From an uncultured Verrucomicrobiales bacterium (lineage in GTDB: Bacteria > Verrucomicrobiota > Verrucomicrobiia > Limisphaerales > UBA1100), in the NCBI GenBank assembly GCA_913048135.1, contig CAJWVY010000002.1:1-53428 (forward strand): a stretch of 53,428 nucleotides of DNA. Reading direction: 5' to 3'. Below are positions 36,622-46,144 of the stretch, one piece after another. A program made the position numbers and the translations under genes. How positions within the stretch are numbered: position 1 is the stretch's first letter; every line of letters begins with the position of its first letter. The notes beneath the pieces are model-generated. The model worked only from the letters and a program-made list of their open reading frames with translations, ran no database searches and was not told where the DNA came from.

Positions 36622-37104
36622 TTATTCCATCAGGCTAAAGGCCGCACCGGCCATCACCTGATCCTCGCTGCGCACCTCCGCGTAGCGGCCCGGGCTCCAA
36701 ATCTCAAAGCGGTCCAGCAATCCGACCAACACCGCCTCCTTCTTAATGCCCGCCAGCTTCGCCATCGCCTCGGGCAAACAAATCCGCCCAGCCTTATCCA
36801 AGGCCACCTGCACACTCTCGCTGCCAATGAACCGCTTGAGCACGACCTTGTTGGGATCGTCGTTGCTCATGGTATTGATATCCTCCATCAGCTTGGACAT
36901 CTGCTCCGGCGGCAAGGCGCGCAAGCACGGGCCGTGTGGCGACTTGGGCCACACGATCAGCGTAAATTCCACATCCGGCGATTCGGGCCGCCACTTGGCC
37001 GGCACCTGCACACGCCGCTTCCCGTCCACTCCATGGGTATAGAGCGAATTGTAATAAACGGGCATGCTGTCGCTTGCTTCTGCCATCGTGTGCTTGATGC
37101 ACAT
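36622..37104 (-). CDS. mraZ: Transcriptional regulator MraZ
   Basis: Two MraZ/SpoVT-AbrB repeats: VDGKRRVQVPAKWR and LDKAGRICLPEAMAKLAGI. First gene of the dcw cluster. The true start may be an internal Met at 37086 or 37065. Confidence 0.85.
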   Translation of the reverse strand: MCIKHTMAEASDSMPVYYNSLYTHGVDGKRRVQVPAKWRPESPDVEFTLIVWPKSPHGPCLRALPPEQMSKLMEDINTMSNDDPNKVVLKRFIGSESVQVALDKAGRICLPEAMAKLAGIKKEAVLVGLLDRFEIWSPGRYAEVRSEDQVMAGAAFSLME

Positions 37105-37108
37105 TTAA

Positions 37109-37161
37109 CCCACTTCGCCACACAACGCAACACCTTAGTCTCACTTTTTCACACTCGTCAA
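37109..37161 (-). promoter_or_regulatory. Candidate mraZ promoter with phased GTG-repeat (MraZ-box-like) operator
   Basis: On the minus strand: TTGACG (37161-37156), 18-nt spacer, TAAGGT (37137-37132). Five direct GTGNN repeats (GTGTG, GTGAG, GTGTT, GTGTG, GTGGG) start at minus-strand offsets 2, 12, 23, 33 and 43 across 37154-37109, a 10-11 nt phasing. Confidence 0.35.
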
Positions 37162-37225
37162 CATTTTTGCGCATTTTTATAGGGCTTTTTTCAAAAAACC
37201 TCGGACTCGCGTTTTTCGGCTAAAA

Positions 37226-38344
37226 ATGGCTCAATCCCCGTCCGTGAGCGGCGAAAACCCATCGAAACCACTGAAAACAGAGGATTTTGACTTCGATCTG
37301 CCTTCCGAGCTCATAGCCCAGCACCCTGCCCCGACGCGTGATGGATCGCGTTTACTGGTGGCCGATCGCCACACCGGCACCCGTTCGCATCAACATTTTT
37401 CCGATTTGCCGCAATTCCTCCGAGCCGGTGATGTGCTGGTGATGAACAATTCCCGCGTCATCCCTGCCCGGTTACGCGGCCAAAAAATTGGAGGCAAAGC
37501 AGCCGCCGAATTATTGCTCGTGGAGCCTGCCGAAGACCAAACCTGGTGGAGCCTCATTCGCCCCGGCAAACGGCTCCCGCCCGGCACGCGCATTGCCCTC
37601 GCCGATCGTCACGGGCAACCCACGCCCCTGACTGCAGAGGTGCTGGAAAAAAATGAAGCCGGCCACGCGCGTGTTCGCTTTGAAGGCACGGAGGATCTAC
37701 TGGACACCCTCGACTCGCTCGGCGAAATGCCGTTGCCGCCTTACATCCGACGCGAAGCCTTTGGCCAATCCGCGGACGACACTGAGCGGTATCAAACTGT
37801 CTATGCCGATCCCGCTGGCTCCGTCGCCGCCCCCACCGCCGGGCTTCATTTCACCGAACCGTTGCTGGACCAAATCCGATCGCTGGGCGTTGAAACCCAC
37901 ACCGTCACCCTGCACGTCGGGCTCGGCACCTTTGCCCCGGTGAAAGCGGAGGCTTTGGAAGAGCATGCCATGCACACCGAACGCTACACGCTACCTGCCG
38001 CCACGGCCGAGGCCATCAACCGCGCCAAGGCTGAAGGTCGTCGTATCATTGCCGTAGGCACCACCACCGTGCGCGTGTTGGAAAGTGTCGCCAAACAATC
38101 CCTCCCGCTTACTACCACCAGCGGCAACACGGCCATTTTCATTTATCCGCCGCGCCCGTTTGCGGTGGTGGATGCATTGATCACCAATTTCCATTTGCCT
38201 CAATCCACCCTGCTTATGCTCGTGAGCGCCTTTGCCTCTCCGGGGGCATTGGATGGGCGCGAGTGGATGCTCGAAACCTACGCCGAAGCGGTCCGCGAAA
38301 AATATCGCTTCTTCAGCTACGGCGATGCGATGCTGATCACATGA
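37226..38344 (+). CDS. queA: S-adenosylmethionine:tRNA ribosyltransferase-isomerase QueA
   Basis: FDFDLPSELIAQHPA, VMNNSRVIPARL, GTTTVRVLES, TNFHLPQSTLLMLVSAF. Confidence 0.9.
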   Translation: MAQSPSVSGENPSKPLKTEDFDFDLPSELIAQHPAPTRDGSRLLVADRHTGTRSHQHFSDLPQFLRAGDVLVMNNSRVIPARLRGQKIGGKAAAELLLVEPAEDQTWWSLIRPGKRLPPGTRIALADRHGQPTPLTAEVLEKNEAGHARVRFEGTEDLLDTLDSLGEMPLPPYIRREAFGQSADDTERYQTVYADPAGSVAAPTAGLHFTEPLLDQIRSLGVETHTVTLHVGLGTFAPVKAEALEEHAMHTERYTLPAATAEAINRAKAEGRRIIAVGTTTVRVLESVAKQSLPLTTTSGNTAIFIYPPRPFAVVDALITNFHLPQSTLLMLVSAFASPGALDGREWMLETYAEAVREKYRFFSYGDAMLIT

Positions 38345-39015
38345 AGCGGCCGTTTGTGTTCATCAACATGGCGATGACTGCCGATGGCAAAATCGCCAGC
38401 ACAAACCGCAAGGTTACCACATTCGGCAGTCGGGCCGACCACCAACGCCTGCTGGAATTACGCGCCAAGGCAGATGCCATACTTACCGGTGCCGGCACGC
38501 TCAACGCTCAACCCAACATCACTTTGGGCCCCGCGCCTAAGCAGAAATCCGCGCCGGTGCGAGTCATCGTCAGCGGCAGCGGGCAGGTGAATGCGCAGCA
38601 CACCATCTTTCGTACACCCGGCGCACCGGTCATCGTGCTGACCAGCGAACGGATTCTTGCCCGCCGGTTGAAGGAACTGAAGCAAGCCGCCGATGCCGTT
38701 CATGTCTGCGGCGCCAACAACGTGGATTTCGAGGCCGCCTTTGAATTCCTGCACGAACATCACGGCGTGAAACGCGTGCTCTGTGAAGGCGGTGGACGCC
38801 TCAATGATTCCCTGCTTCGCGCCGGAGTGGTGGATGAGGTGAACCTCACGATCTGTCCGCTGATTCTGGGCGGCCAAGATGCGCCGACCATTGCCGACGG
38901 CATTGGTTTTGGTCAGCTGGATGATGCCGCGCAGTTCAAGCTGCACACCCGCAAACAGGTGGCAGACGAAATCTTCCTGACCTACCGCACCGTGCGAAAC
39001 TCACAACGCCCCTAG
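38341..39015 (+). CDS. RibD C-terminal-domain / dihydrofolate-reductase-like pyrimidine reductase
   Basis: The ATG at 38341 overlaps the queA stop (ATGA). FVFINMAMTADGKIAS, RADHQRLLELRAKADAILTGAGT, CEGGGRLNDSLL. Confidence 0.7.
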   Translation: MKRPFVFINMAMTADGKIASTNRKVTTFGSRADHQRLLELRAKADAILTGAGTLNAQPNITLGPAPKQKSAPVRVIVSGSGQVNAQHTIFRTPGAPVIVLTSERILARRLKELKQAADAVHVCGANNVDFEAAFEFLHEHHGVKRVLCEGGGRLNDSLLRAGVVDEVNLTICPLILGGQDAPTIADGIGFGQLDDAAQFKLHTRKQVADEIFLTYRTVRNSQRP

Positions 39016-39810
39016 CTCCACCTGCTGCACAGCATTCGAGGGTCCACCGAGAAACCGTCCGGCCATTTCGCTCACACGCTCCATCTCGTCAGTCACATGA
39101 ATCCGCACGCACCCCTCTCCTTCGGTGGCCAACAGATGATGCCATTGCAATTCCCGCTGCACAAACGCCGCACACGTTTCAGCGGAATCCACCAGCGCCA
39201 CCTCCGGTCCGGTCACGCGGGCGATGGATTCCTTGAGCAATGGATAATGTGTGCACCCCAATACCAGCGTATCCACGCCGCTTTCCAGCATGGGCATCAG
39301 ATATTCCCGTAGCACGGCATCGGTCACCTCATGATCCAGCCACCCTTCCTCCACCAATGGCACCAGCAACGGACACGCCTGACTGGTGACGCGCAATTCA
39401 CGGTTCAGCTCGCCCACCAATCGCTCATACGCGCCACTGCGGATGGTGGCCTGCGTACCGATCACGCCAATGTGCCCGTTGCGCGTGGCTTCATTGGCGG
39501 CAATGGCTCCGGGCAAAATCACGCCGAAGGTGGGCAACGAAAAGCGTTCGCCCAATTCAGGCAACGCACTGGCACTGGCGCTGTTGCACGCCACAACCAA
39601 CGCCTTGACGCATTGCGCGGTCAAGAAAGCGGCATCTTCACAGGCAAACCGCGTCACGGTCTCTGCGCTTTTGGTGCCGTATGGTACGCGAGCGGTGTCG
39701 CCCAAATAGATGATCTGTTCATGCGGCAACAGCCGTTGCATCTGCCGTACCACGGTCAATCCGCCGATCCCGGAATCAAAAACTCCAATAGGCTGGGCGG
39801 CAGGATTCAT
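39001..39810 (-). CDS. murI: Glutamate racemase MurI
   Basis: The ATG at 39810 gives MNPAAQPIGVFDSGIGGLTV. The second catalytic-Cys region is LGCTHYPLL. There is a 15-nt convergent overlap with the upstream + strand gene. Confidence 0.9.
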   Translation of the reverse strand: MNPAAQPIGVFDSGIGGLTVVRQMQRLLPHEQIIYLGDTARVPYGTKSAETVTRFACEDAAFLTAQCVKALVVACNSASASALPELGERFSLPTFGVILPGAIAANEATRNGHIGVIGTQATIRSGAYERLVGELNRELRVTSQACPLLVPLVEEGWLDHEVTDAVLREYLMPMLESGVDTLVLGCTHYPLLKESIARVTGPEVALVDSAETCAAFVQRELQWHHLLATEGEGCVRIHVTDEMERVSEMAGRFLGGPSNAVQQVELGAL

Positions 39811-39887
39811 GGCCGCGAATGCTGCCGTCGCCCAACGGCCCGGCACAAGGCAAATGCCTTCACAACCGGCGTGACAAATGCCAAGGC

Positions 39888-39916
39888 TTGACCGGCGATT
39901 CCCGCTTCCTTAAATT
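39888..39916 (+). promoter_or_regulatory. Candidate sigma70-type promoter upstream of citrate synthase
   Basis: TTGACC (39888-39893), 17-nt spacer, TAAATT (39911-39916), about 38 nt upstream of the ATG at 39954. Confidence 0.25.
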
Positions 39917-39953
39917 GCTCGGCCTTAACCCCACTGGCCGGGCATTTTGAGCT

Positions 39954-41096
39954 ATGACTATGAGCGAATCTGCAAATTCCATCGACAAGGGCATGGCAGC
40001 CGTGGTGGCCGCGGAGACCAACCTGAGCGATGTCCGTGGTGAGATCGGTGAACTGATCTATTGCGGCTACAACATCAACGACCTCGCCGAGAAGGCGACC
40101 TTCGAGGAAGTGGTGCACCTGCTGCATCGCGGCCATTTGCCCGACGCCGACGAACTTGCCGCGCTCAAGGCAGAATTCTGCGCCAGCCGCAACCTGCCCG
40201 GAGGCGTGATTGATGTGCTCAAGGCACTGCCGAAAGACACCTCTCCGATGCACGCCCTCCGCACCGGCGTCAGTGCTCTGGGTTGCTTTGATTCCGAGGC
40301 CGAGACACAGGACGACCTTGAGGCGGTCCGGAAGAAATCCATTCAGATCATCGCGCAAGTGCCGGTGATCGTTGCCGCCTTCCATCGCCTGCGCCAGGGC
40401 AAGGAGATTTTGGAGTCGGACAACAGCCTCGGCGAAGCCGCCAATTTCATTTGGCTCATCACCGGTAATAAACCCAGTGAAGACATGGAACGCACGATGG
40501 ATATCTGCTACATCCTCCATGCCGACCACGGGTTCAACGCCTCCACCTTCAGCGGCCGTGTCACCATCGCCACCTTGAGCGATGTGTACAGCGCGGTTAC
40601 TAGCGCCATCGGCACGCTCAAGGGCCCCTTACATGGCGGCGCCAATGAAGGTGTCATCAAAATGCTGCAGGAGATTGGCGACCTCGAGAAGGTCGATGCC
40701 TATGTGGATGATTGCCTCGCCAACAAGCGCCGCATTATGGGCATTGGGCACCGCGTCTATCGCGTGCTGGACCCCCGCGCGCCGCACCTCAAGCGCATGG
40801 CCCAGAAACTCACCAAGGAACTCGGTGAGCCGAAATGGATTCAGATGAGCGAACGCATAGCCGAGTTGATGCTAGAAAAGAAGAATCTCAACGCCAATGT
40901 CGATTTCTACTCGGCCACCGTCTACTACTCGCTGGATATCCCCACCGACCTGTTCACGCCCATCTTCGCCATCGCGCGGACGGCCGGTTGGACCGCCCAC
41001 ATGATCGAACATCTGGACGGCAACCGCCTCATCCGGCCGCGCGCCCAGTACGCCGGCGACGAAGGCAAACCGTGGGTGCCGCTCGGTGACCGTTAG
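39954..41096 (+). CDS. gltA: Citrate synthase (short, about 380-aa type; could also be 2-methylcitrate synthase)
   Basis: GPLHGGANEGV, GIGHRVYRVLDPRA, NVDFYSA. Confidence 0.85.
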   Translation: MTMSESANSIDKGMAAVVAAETNLSDVRGEIGELIYCGYNINDLAEKATFEEVVHLLHRGHLPDADELAALKAEFCASRNLPGGVIDVLKALPKDTSPMHALRTGVSALGCFDSEAETQDDLEAVRKKSIQIIAQVPVIVAAFHRLRQGKEILESDNSLGEAANFIWLITGNKPSEDMERTMDICYILHADHGFNASTFSGRVTIATLSDVYSAVTSAIGTLKGPLHGGANEGVIKMLQEIGDLEKVDAYVDDCLANKRRIMGIGHRVYRVLDPRAPHLKRMAQKLTKELGEPKWIQMSERIAELMLEKKNLNANVDFYSATVYYSLDIPTDLFTPIFAIARTAGWTAHMIEHLDGNRLIRPRAQYAGDEGKPWVPLGDR

Positions 41097-41175
41097 CGGC
41101 AGGCGATAAAAAGCGCACAAATTTCTTGAACGACCGGAGCCCTTGCCGCAAGACAGGGGCTCCGATTTTTTATCC

Positions 41176-42378
41176 ATGAATCTTCACGAATATCAGGCCA
41201 AGGAACTTATGCGGCGCCACGGCGTGCCAGTCCCTGCCGGCGAACCGGCCACCTCGGTTGAGGAAGCCAAGGCGGCAATCGAAAAACTATTTGGCGAAGG
41301 CCATCAACGCGTGGTGGTGAAAAGCCAAATCCACGCCGGCGGCCGCGGCAAAGGCACGTTTAAGGACGGCTTCCAGGGCGGCGTGCATTTGGCCGACAGC
41401 GTGGAGGACGCCACCGCCAAGGCAGAGGCAATGTTCGGCAACGTGCTCGTCACCAAGCAAACCGGTGAGGAAGGCAAACAGGTCAACCGCCTGCTTATTA
41501 CGTCCTGCCAGGAAATTAAGAGTGAATTTTACTGCGCCGTGCTGCTGGACCGCGCGCTCGGCAAGCCGATCATCATGGCTAGCTCCGAGGGCGGCATGGA
41601 TATCGAAGAAGTGGCCGAAGCCACCCCCGAAAAGATCATCAAAGAAACCGTGGACCCCGACCTCGGGCTGCAGGCTTATCAGGGCCGCAAGATCGCCATC
41701 GCCCTCGGCCTGCGCGGCAAGCTCATTGGCCAATGCGGCCGATTGTTGCAGGGCCTCTACGCCACCTGGGCTGGTTGTGATGCTTCCATGGTGGAAGTCA
41801 ACCCGCTGGCGCTCATTGAAAATGAAGACGGCACCGAGGCCGTGGTGGCGCTAGACGCCAAGATGTCCATCGATTCCAACGCCATGTTCCGCCACGCGGA
41901 CATCGCTGAGATGCGCGACCTCACCGAGGAGGATCCGCTGGAGGTTGAAGCCGGCAAGTTCGACCTGAACTACATCAAGCTCGACGGCAACATCGCCTGC
42001 CTCGTCAATGGCGCCGGCCTCGCGATGTCCACCATGGATGCCATCAAACACTACGGCGGCGATCCGGCCAACTTTCTCGATGTCGGCGGTGGAGCCACGC
42101 AGGAGCAGGTGAAGGCCGCATTTGAAATCATCCTGAGCGATCCATCGGTCGAGGCCATTCTCATCAACATTTTCGGTGGCATCATGAACTGCAACACCAT
42201 CGCCGAAGGCGTGGTGGCAGCCGCCAAGGAAACCGACCTTAAGCTCCCGCTCGTGGTGCGCCTCGAAGGCAACAACGTCGAAGCCGGCCGGCAAACGCTG
42301 GCCGAATCCGGGCTCGCCCTCATCACTGCCAGCAGCCTGGCTGAGGCCGCACAGAAATCCGTCGAAGCCGCCAAATAA
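41176..42378 (+). CDS. sucC: Succinate--CoA ligase (ADP-forming) beta subunit
   Basis: The ATG at 41176 gives the canonical [34 protein letters not shown]. Confidence 0.9.
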   Translation: MNLHEYQAKELMRRHGVPVPAGEPATSVEEAKAAIEKLFGEGHQRVVVKSQIHAGGRGKGTFKDGFQGGVHLADSVEDATAKAEAMFGNVLVTKQTGEEGKQVNRLLITSCQEIKSEFYCAVLLDRALGKPIIMASSEGGMDIEEVAEATPEKIIKETVDPDLGLQAYQGRKIAIALGLRGKLIGQCGRLLQGLYATWAGCDASMVEVNPLALIENEDGTEAVVALDAKMSIDSNAMFRHADIAEMRDLTEEDPLEVEAGKFDLNYIKLDGNIACLVNGAGLAMSTMDAIKHYGGDPANFLDVGGGATQEQVKAAFEIILSDPSVEAILINIFGGIMNCNTIAEGVVAAAKETDLKLPLVVRLEGNNVEAGRQTLAESGLALITASSLAEAAQKSVEAAK

Positions 42379-42387
42379 TTTCTTACC

Positions 42388-43278
42388 ATGTCCATTCTTG
42401 TTACTCCTGAAACCAAGTTTCTCGTTCAAGGCATCACCGGCGGCTTCGGCGGCCGGCACGCCCAGCTGAGCCTCGATTACGGCTCGCAACTCGTTGCCGG
42501 CGTCACCCCCGGCAAAGGCGGACAAACCTTTGCCGACACCGTGCCGATTTACGACAGCGTGGCCGAGGCCGTCGCCGAGACCGGTGCCACCGCGAGTGCC
42601 ATCTTCGTACCGCCACCGTTCGCCGCCGACGCCATCCTCGAAGGCATTGATGCCGGCCTTGAACTGGTCGTGGCCATTACCGAGGGTATTCCGGTACGAG
42701 ACATGTTGAGCGTAAAAAAGGTCTTGGACGCCAGTGACACCAAGCTGATCGGCCCTAACTGTCCCGGCATCGTGACCCCCGGCGAAGGTGATCAATCCGC
42801 CGGCGGCTGCCGCATCGGCATTGCGCCCGGGTACATTCACAAGAAAGGCAATATCGGTGTCGTCTCCCGTAGCGGCACGCTTACCTACGAAGCGGTTTGG
42901 CAACTCACCAGCGCAGGCGTCGGCCAATCCACCTGCGTCGGTATCGGTGGCGATCCCGTGCCGGGGATGACCCATCTGGACGTGCTCAAGATGTTCAATG
43001 ACGATCCGGAAACCGAAGGCATCATCATGATCGGCGAAATCGGTGGCACCGCTGAAGAAGAAGCCGCCGCTTGGGCCAAAGACAACTGCTCCAAACCCAT
43101 CGCCGGGTTTATCGCCGGCGCCACGGCGCCTCCCGGCCGCCGCATGGGCCATGCCGGCGCAATCGTCAGCGGCGGCAAAGGCACCGCCGAGGCCAAGAAG
43201 GCAGCCTTCCGCGAAGCGGGTATCGGCGTGGCCGAAACCCCCTCGGAAATGGCTGACACGCTGCTGAAAATGATGTAG
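42388..43278 (+). CDS. sucD: Succinate--CoA ligase alpha subunit
   Basis: [34 protein letters not shown]. Confidence 0.9.
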   Translation: MSILVTPETKFLVQGITGGFGGRHAQLSLDYGSQLVAGVTPGKGGQTFADTVPIYDSVAEAVAETGATASAIFVPPPFAADAILEGIDAGLELVVAITEGIPVRDMLSVKKVLDASDTKLIGPNCPGIVTPGEGDQSAGGCRIGIAPGYIHKKGNIGVVSRSGTLTYEAVWQLTSAGVGQSTCVGIGGDPVPGMTHLDVLKMFNDDPETEGIIMIGEIGGTAEEEAAAWAKDNCSKPIAGFIAGATAPPGRRMGHAGAIVSGGKGTAEAKKAAFREAGIGVAETPSEMADTLLKMM

Positions 43279-43292
43279 TCCATCCGCTGCGG

Positions 43293-44111
43293 ATGGATTG
43301 GCTGCACGGCATCCTAAACCTCATCGGCCTGCTGTTCTGGGTTCTCTGGCGCGCAGGCACGATGCCCCGCCCCAAACCGGCCAATCATATCGCCGGGCCG
43401 GCGCCGCGGCAGGGCACGATCTTTAAACACTCGTGGGTGTACCTGCTGGCGTTGATAGGGTTGCTCGTGTTGCGGGCCGTTTTCTATCATCAATTCGGCC
43501 CCGGCTTGGACTGGATCCCGTCTCTTCCTCTGCTCCATGAATCGCCGCATTTCCGAAGCGACTTTTTCCCGCGAGCCTTGGCCTACTCCGTACTGGGCTT
43601 TATGCGCTGGCTGGGGGCATTGTATTTTTGCTGGGCTCTGCTCGCGACCATCAAACCCGAAGCGGACACGGCAAAAATGTGGCGCTCCTTCCTTCGCGCC
43701 CAGTTCGGCTGGCTGGGCGGCTTACCGGTCATGATCCTCTGGCTGGGCGCCATCCTGTTGTCCGCTGGCCTTCACCTACTTGAGTCGGAATGGATGAACC
43801 AGGTAGATGTACGCAGTGAAACGGCCACCTTCGCCCAACACCTACCGGCCATGGTGGCGCTGGATCTGCGGGCGGCCGTGTATCTCGCCATGGGCGTGCT
43901 GATTCTGTATTTGCTGAATTCCTTTGTGTATTTCGGCGAACAGAATTTCTGGAAAAATATCGATGCCTCGGGCAAGCGATTACTAGCGCCGCTGTCGCGT
44001 TTGCCGTTAGTGGTGGGCAAAGTGGATCTCGCGCCGTTTCTCGCGCTCGGCCTGATGTACGGCCTGAGTTTTGCCCTGCGGCACACCCAGTTGGCGGCTT
44101 GGTTGCGCTAA
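43293..44111 (+). CDS. Multi-pass membrane protein with a YggT-like C-terminal module
   Basis: 272 aa with several hydrophobic helices. The C-terminal text GKRLLAPLSRLPLVVGKVDLAPFLALGLMYGL resembles the YggT motif (..P.R..P..G.iDlSP...). Family assignment is tentative. Confidence 0.45.
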   Translation: MDWLHGILNLIGLLFWVLWRAGTMPRPKPANHIAGPAPRQGTIFKHSWVYLLALIGLLVLRAVFYHQFGPGLDWIPSLPLLHESPHFRSDFFPRALAYSVLGFMRWLGALYFCWALLATIKPEADTAKMWRSFLRAQFGWLGGLPVMILWLGAILLSAGLHLLESEWMNQVDVRSETATFAQHLPAMVALDLRAAVYLAMGVLILYLLNSFVYFGEQNFWKNIDASGKRLLAPLSRLPLVVGKVDLAPFLALGLMYGLSFALRHTQLAAWLR

Positions 44112-44914
44112 CGCAGTCGGGGGAAGAAATCATGGGCGGTCGCGCAAGTCGCCGCACTGAGCTCCGCCAGACTCACACCTTTTACTTCCGCCACGCGCTC
44201 GGCGGTGTGCCGCGTAAACGCCGGCTCACAGCGCTTGCCGCGATGAGGCATGGGGGCAAGGAACGGGCTGTCGGTCTCCAGCATGAGTTTATCCAATGGC
44301 GTAGCTGCTAGGGTATCGCGCACTTCCTGCGCGTTTTTGAACGTGGAAATCCCAGTGAAACTAACCAGAGATCCCATATCGATCACCCTCCGCATGCTGG
44401 CTGCATCGTCTACGAAACAATGAAACTGACCCCGCACGCGCGCGGCAAAGTCCTCGAAGATTGCCAGCGTCGCCTCCAACGCCACGCGCTGGTGGATAAC
44501 CACGTTCAGTTGGAATTCCTCGGCCAATTCCAATTGCTGGCGAAAGACCGTTTCCTGCTTTGCCTTCCAGCGAGTGTCGTCCTCGGCTGAGCCGCCCTGA
44601 CTACTGGGCAGGCGATAATGGTCTATCCCCGTTTCCCCAACCGCCACAACTTTCGGGTGTTCACAGAGAGACCTCAGATTCGGCCGCACATCATCCGGAG
44701 CCAGCTCCAGATCGTTGGGATGCCATCCCACCACCGCGTATACCTCCTCATGCACCTCGGCCAGAGCTACTGCTTCGCGACTGCTGACCAAGTCTGTGCC
44801 AATGGTAATCACCCGCGTAATGCCGGCGGCTTGCGCACGCTCCAAGAGAGCGGGAATTTCATCCGAAAAATCCGGAAAAGTCAGGTGCGCGTGGGTATCG
44901 TAAAACGTTTCCAT
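44108..44914 (-). CDS. tatD: TatD-family metal-dependent hydrolase
   Basis: The ATG at 44914 gives METFYDTHAHLTFPDF (the canonical HxH start). GETGIDHY, HCFVDD, LETDSPFLAP. Confidence 0.85.
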   Translation of the reverse strand: METFYDTHAHLTFPDFSDEIPALLERAQAAGITRVITIGTDLVSSREAVALAEVHEEVYAVVGWHPNDLELAPDDVRPNLRSLCEHPKVVAVGETGIDHYRLPSSQGGSAEDDTRWKAKQETVFRQQLELAEEFQLNVVIHQRVALEATLAIFEDFAARVRGQFHCFVDDAASMRRVIDMGSLVSFTGISTFKNAQEVRDTLAATPLDKLMLETDSPFLAPMPHRGKRCEPAFTRHTAERVAEVKGVSLAELSAATCATAHDFFPRLR

Positions 44915-45023
44915 CCCGCCGCAGTGTGCCCGGCTAATGCCTCGGTGACAATCGTTTGAGAATGATCGGGCCTTTACAGGCAAGCCAATCGGGTGCAGGT
45001 TGTCGTAGCTCGCAAGGCGATTT

Positions 45024-46052
45024 GTGATTTCCCCAAAAAACATTCTTTGGCTGGTTCTCTTGAGCGGATGGCTGCTTCCTGTCTCGGGTTCTGCTCTCGA
45101 TATCACCCGTGCCATGCTTCGCGGTGAAGATTTCCAAACCAGTATTTTTGGTGGGCGCTCCCAAGGCTATGCCTTCCCGAAAACCCAGCGATGGGATCCT
45201 AAACGCGCGCCAGGCTTTGCCTTGGGCTACGCAGAATTTGCCGTGCATGATTATGAACTAACCCCAGCAATGATTTACACCGTGAACTTCGGCTTGGCCA
45301 ATCTTGTGCGCTCGCATCAAACCGTTTTCCAACGCAATGTGGAACGCGACTTCCGCGTGCGCTTTCGTATCTTCGGCAAGTACGAGGATTACGAGGAGTA
45401 TTCGTTAAAAAAATACCGCAAGGAAATCAGCCCTAATCTACTTGGTTTTTTCAGCCCCGCTACCAAGGAGATCGTCACTTGGCGCCAGAGGCCCAGCATG
45501 AGCTGGCGCTTGGTGCCCACCCTACTCCATGAAGGATGTCACGCCATCATGGACGATATGTTTGGCGAACTGCCTTTCTGGATGATTGAGGGTAGTGCCG
45601 ACTGGTTGGGCGAAGCCCCCGCTTGGATGCAAAAGGCCGATGGACTGCGCAATGACCAGCACGCCCGCTGGGTGCGCCTAAACCGCATGCGCCAAAACGG
45701 CGACCTGCCTAATCTTAAGACCTATCTGCTCTCCCACGAATATGAGCATTGGGATCAGATGTTCGATGGCAACATCGGCATGGGCTACGATATCGGCTGG
45801 TCGGTCTTTGATTTCTTCATGAAAACCCATCCCCAGGCGATGAAGTTTCTCGGAGCCGTGGTCAACGACCGCGCCGTGCTCAGCGCCCGCGGCCGCGGCA
45901 ATGGGCGACTGGAAGCAGCCTTCGAGCAGGCCATCAACCGCAATTGGCAAGGCGGCACGGCGTTACTGGAAAAAGGCTGGCATTCGTGGATCAAAATTAA
46001 GGCCGCCGAAGCCGAAAAAGAATTGCTCAAAGCCCGGCAAAAACAGCGCTAA
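45024..46052 (+). CDS. Secreted HExxH protein (DUF1570 / peptidase-MA-like, tentative)
   Basis: GTG start with a signal-like N-terminus (ILWLVLLSGWLLPVSGSA). LLHEGCHAIMDDMFGELPFWMIEGSADWLG contains HExxH plus a downstream Glu. Confidence 0.5.
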   Translation: MISPKNILWLVLLSGWLLPVSGSALDITRAMLRGEDFQTSIFGGRSQGYAFPKTQRWDPKRAPGFALGYAEFAVHDYELTPAMIYTVNFGLANLVRSHQTVFQRNVERDFRVRFRIFGKYEDYEEYSLKKYRKEISPNLLGFFSPATKEIVTWRQRPSMSWRLVPTLLHEGCHAIMDDMFGELPFWMIEGSADWLGEAPAWMQKADGLRNDQHARWVRLNRMRQNGDLPNLKTYLLSHEYEHWDQMFDGNIGMGYDIGWSVFDFFMKTHPQAMKFLGAVVNDRAVLSARGRGNGRLEAAFEQAINRNWQGGTALLEKGWHSWIKIKAAEAEKELLKARQKQR

Positions 46053-46144
46053 TTGCGCTTTTTCCTCCCCAATTTTCACCAAAACGGGTTGCCATCCACG
46101 GCGTTCCCCGCTATTTTCCCGCCACCCAAACCCCTTTGGATATT

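Noticed and set aside
41851-43152. 433-aa ORF on the minus strand opposite sucC/sucD. Similar long antisense ORFs occur at 11689-12576 (opposite gnd), 24502-25509 (opposite murG), 17763-18617 and 18633-19283 (opposite ftsZ), 36286-37182 (opposite rsmH/mraZ), 31845-32603 and 33132-33905 (opposite murE/ftsI).
   Set aside because: They lie antisense to genes with unmistakable conserved motifs. Their translations are Arg/Gly/Ala/His-rich low-information sequence typical of shadow ORFs in GC-rich DNA, with no recognisable motifs.
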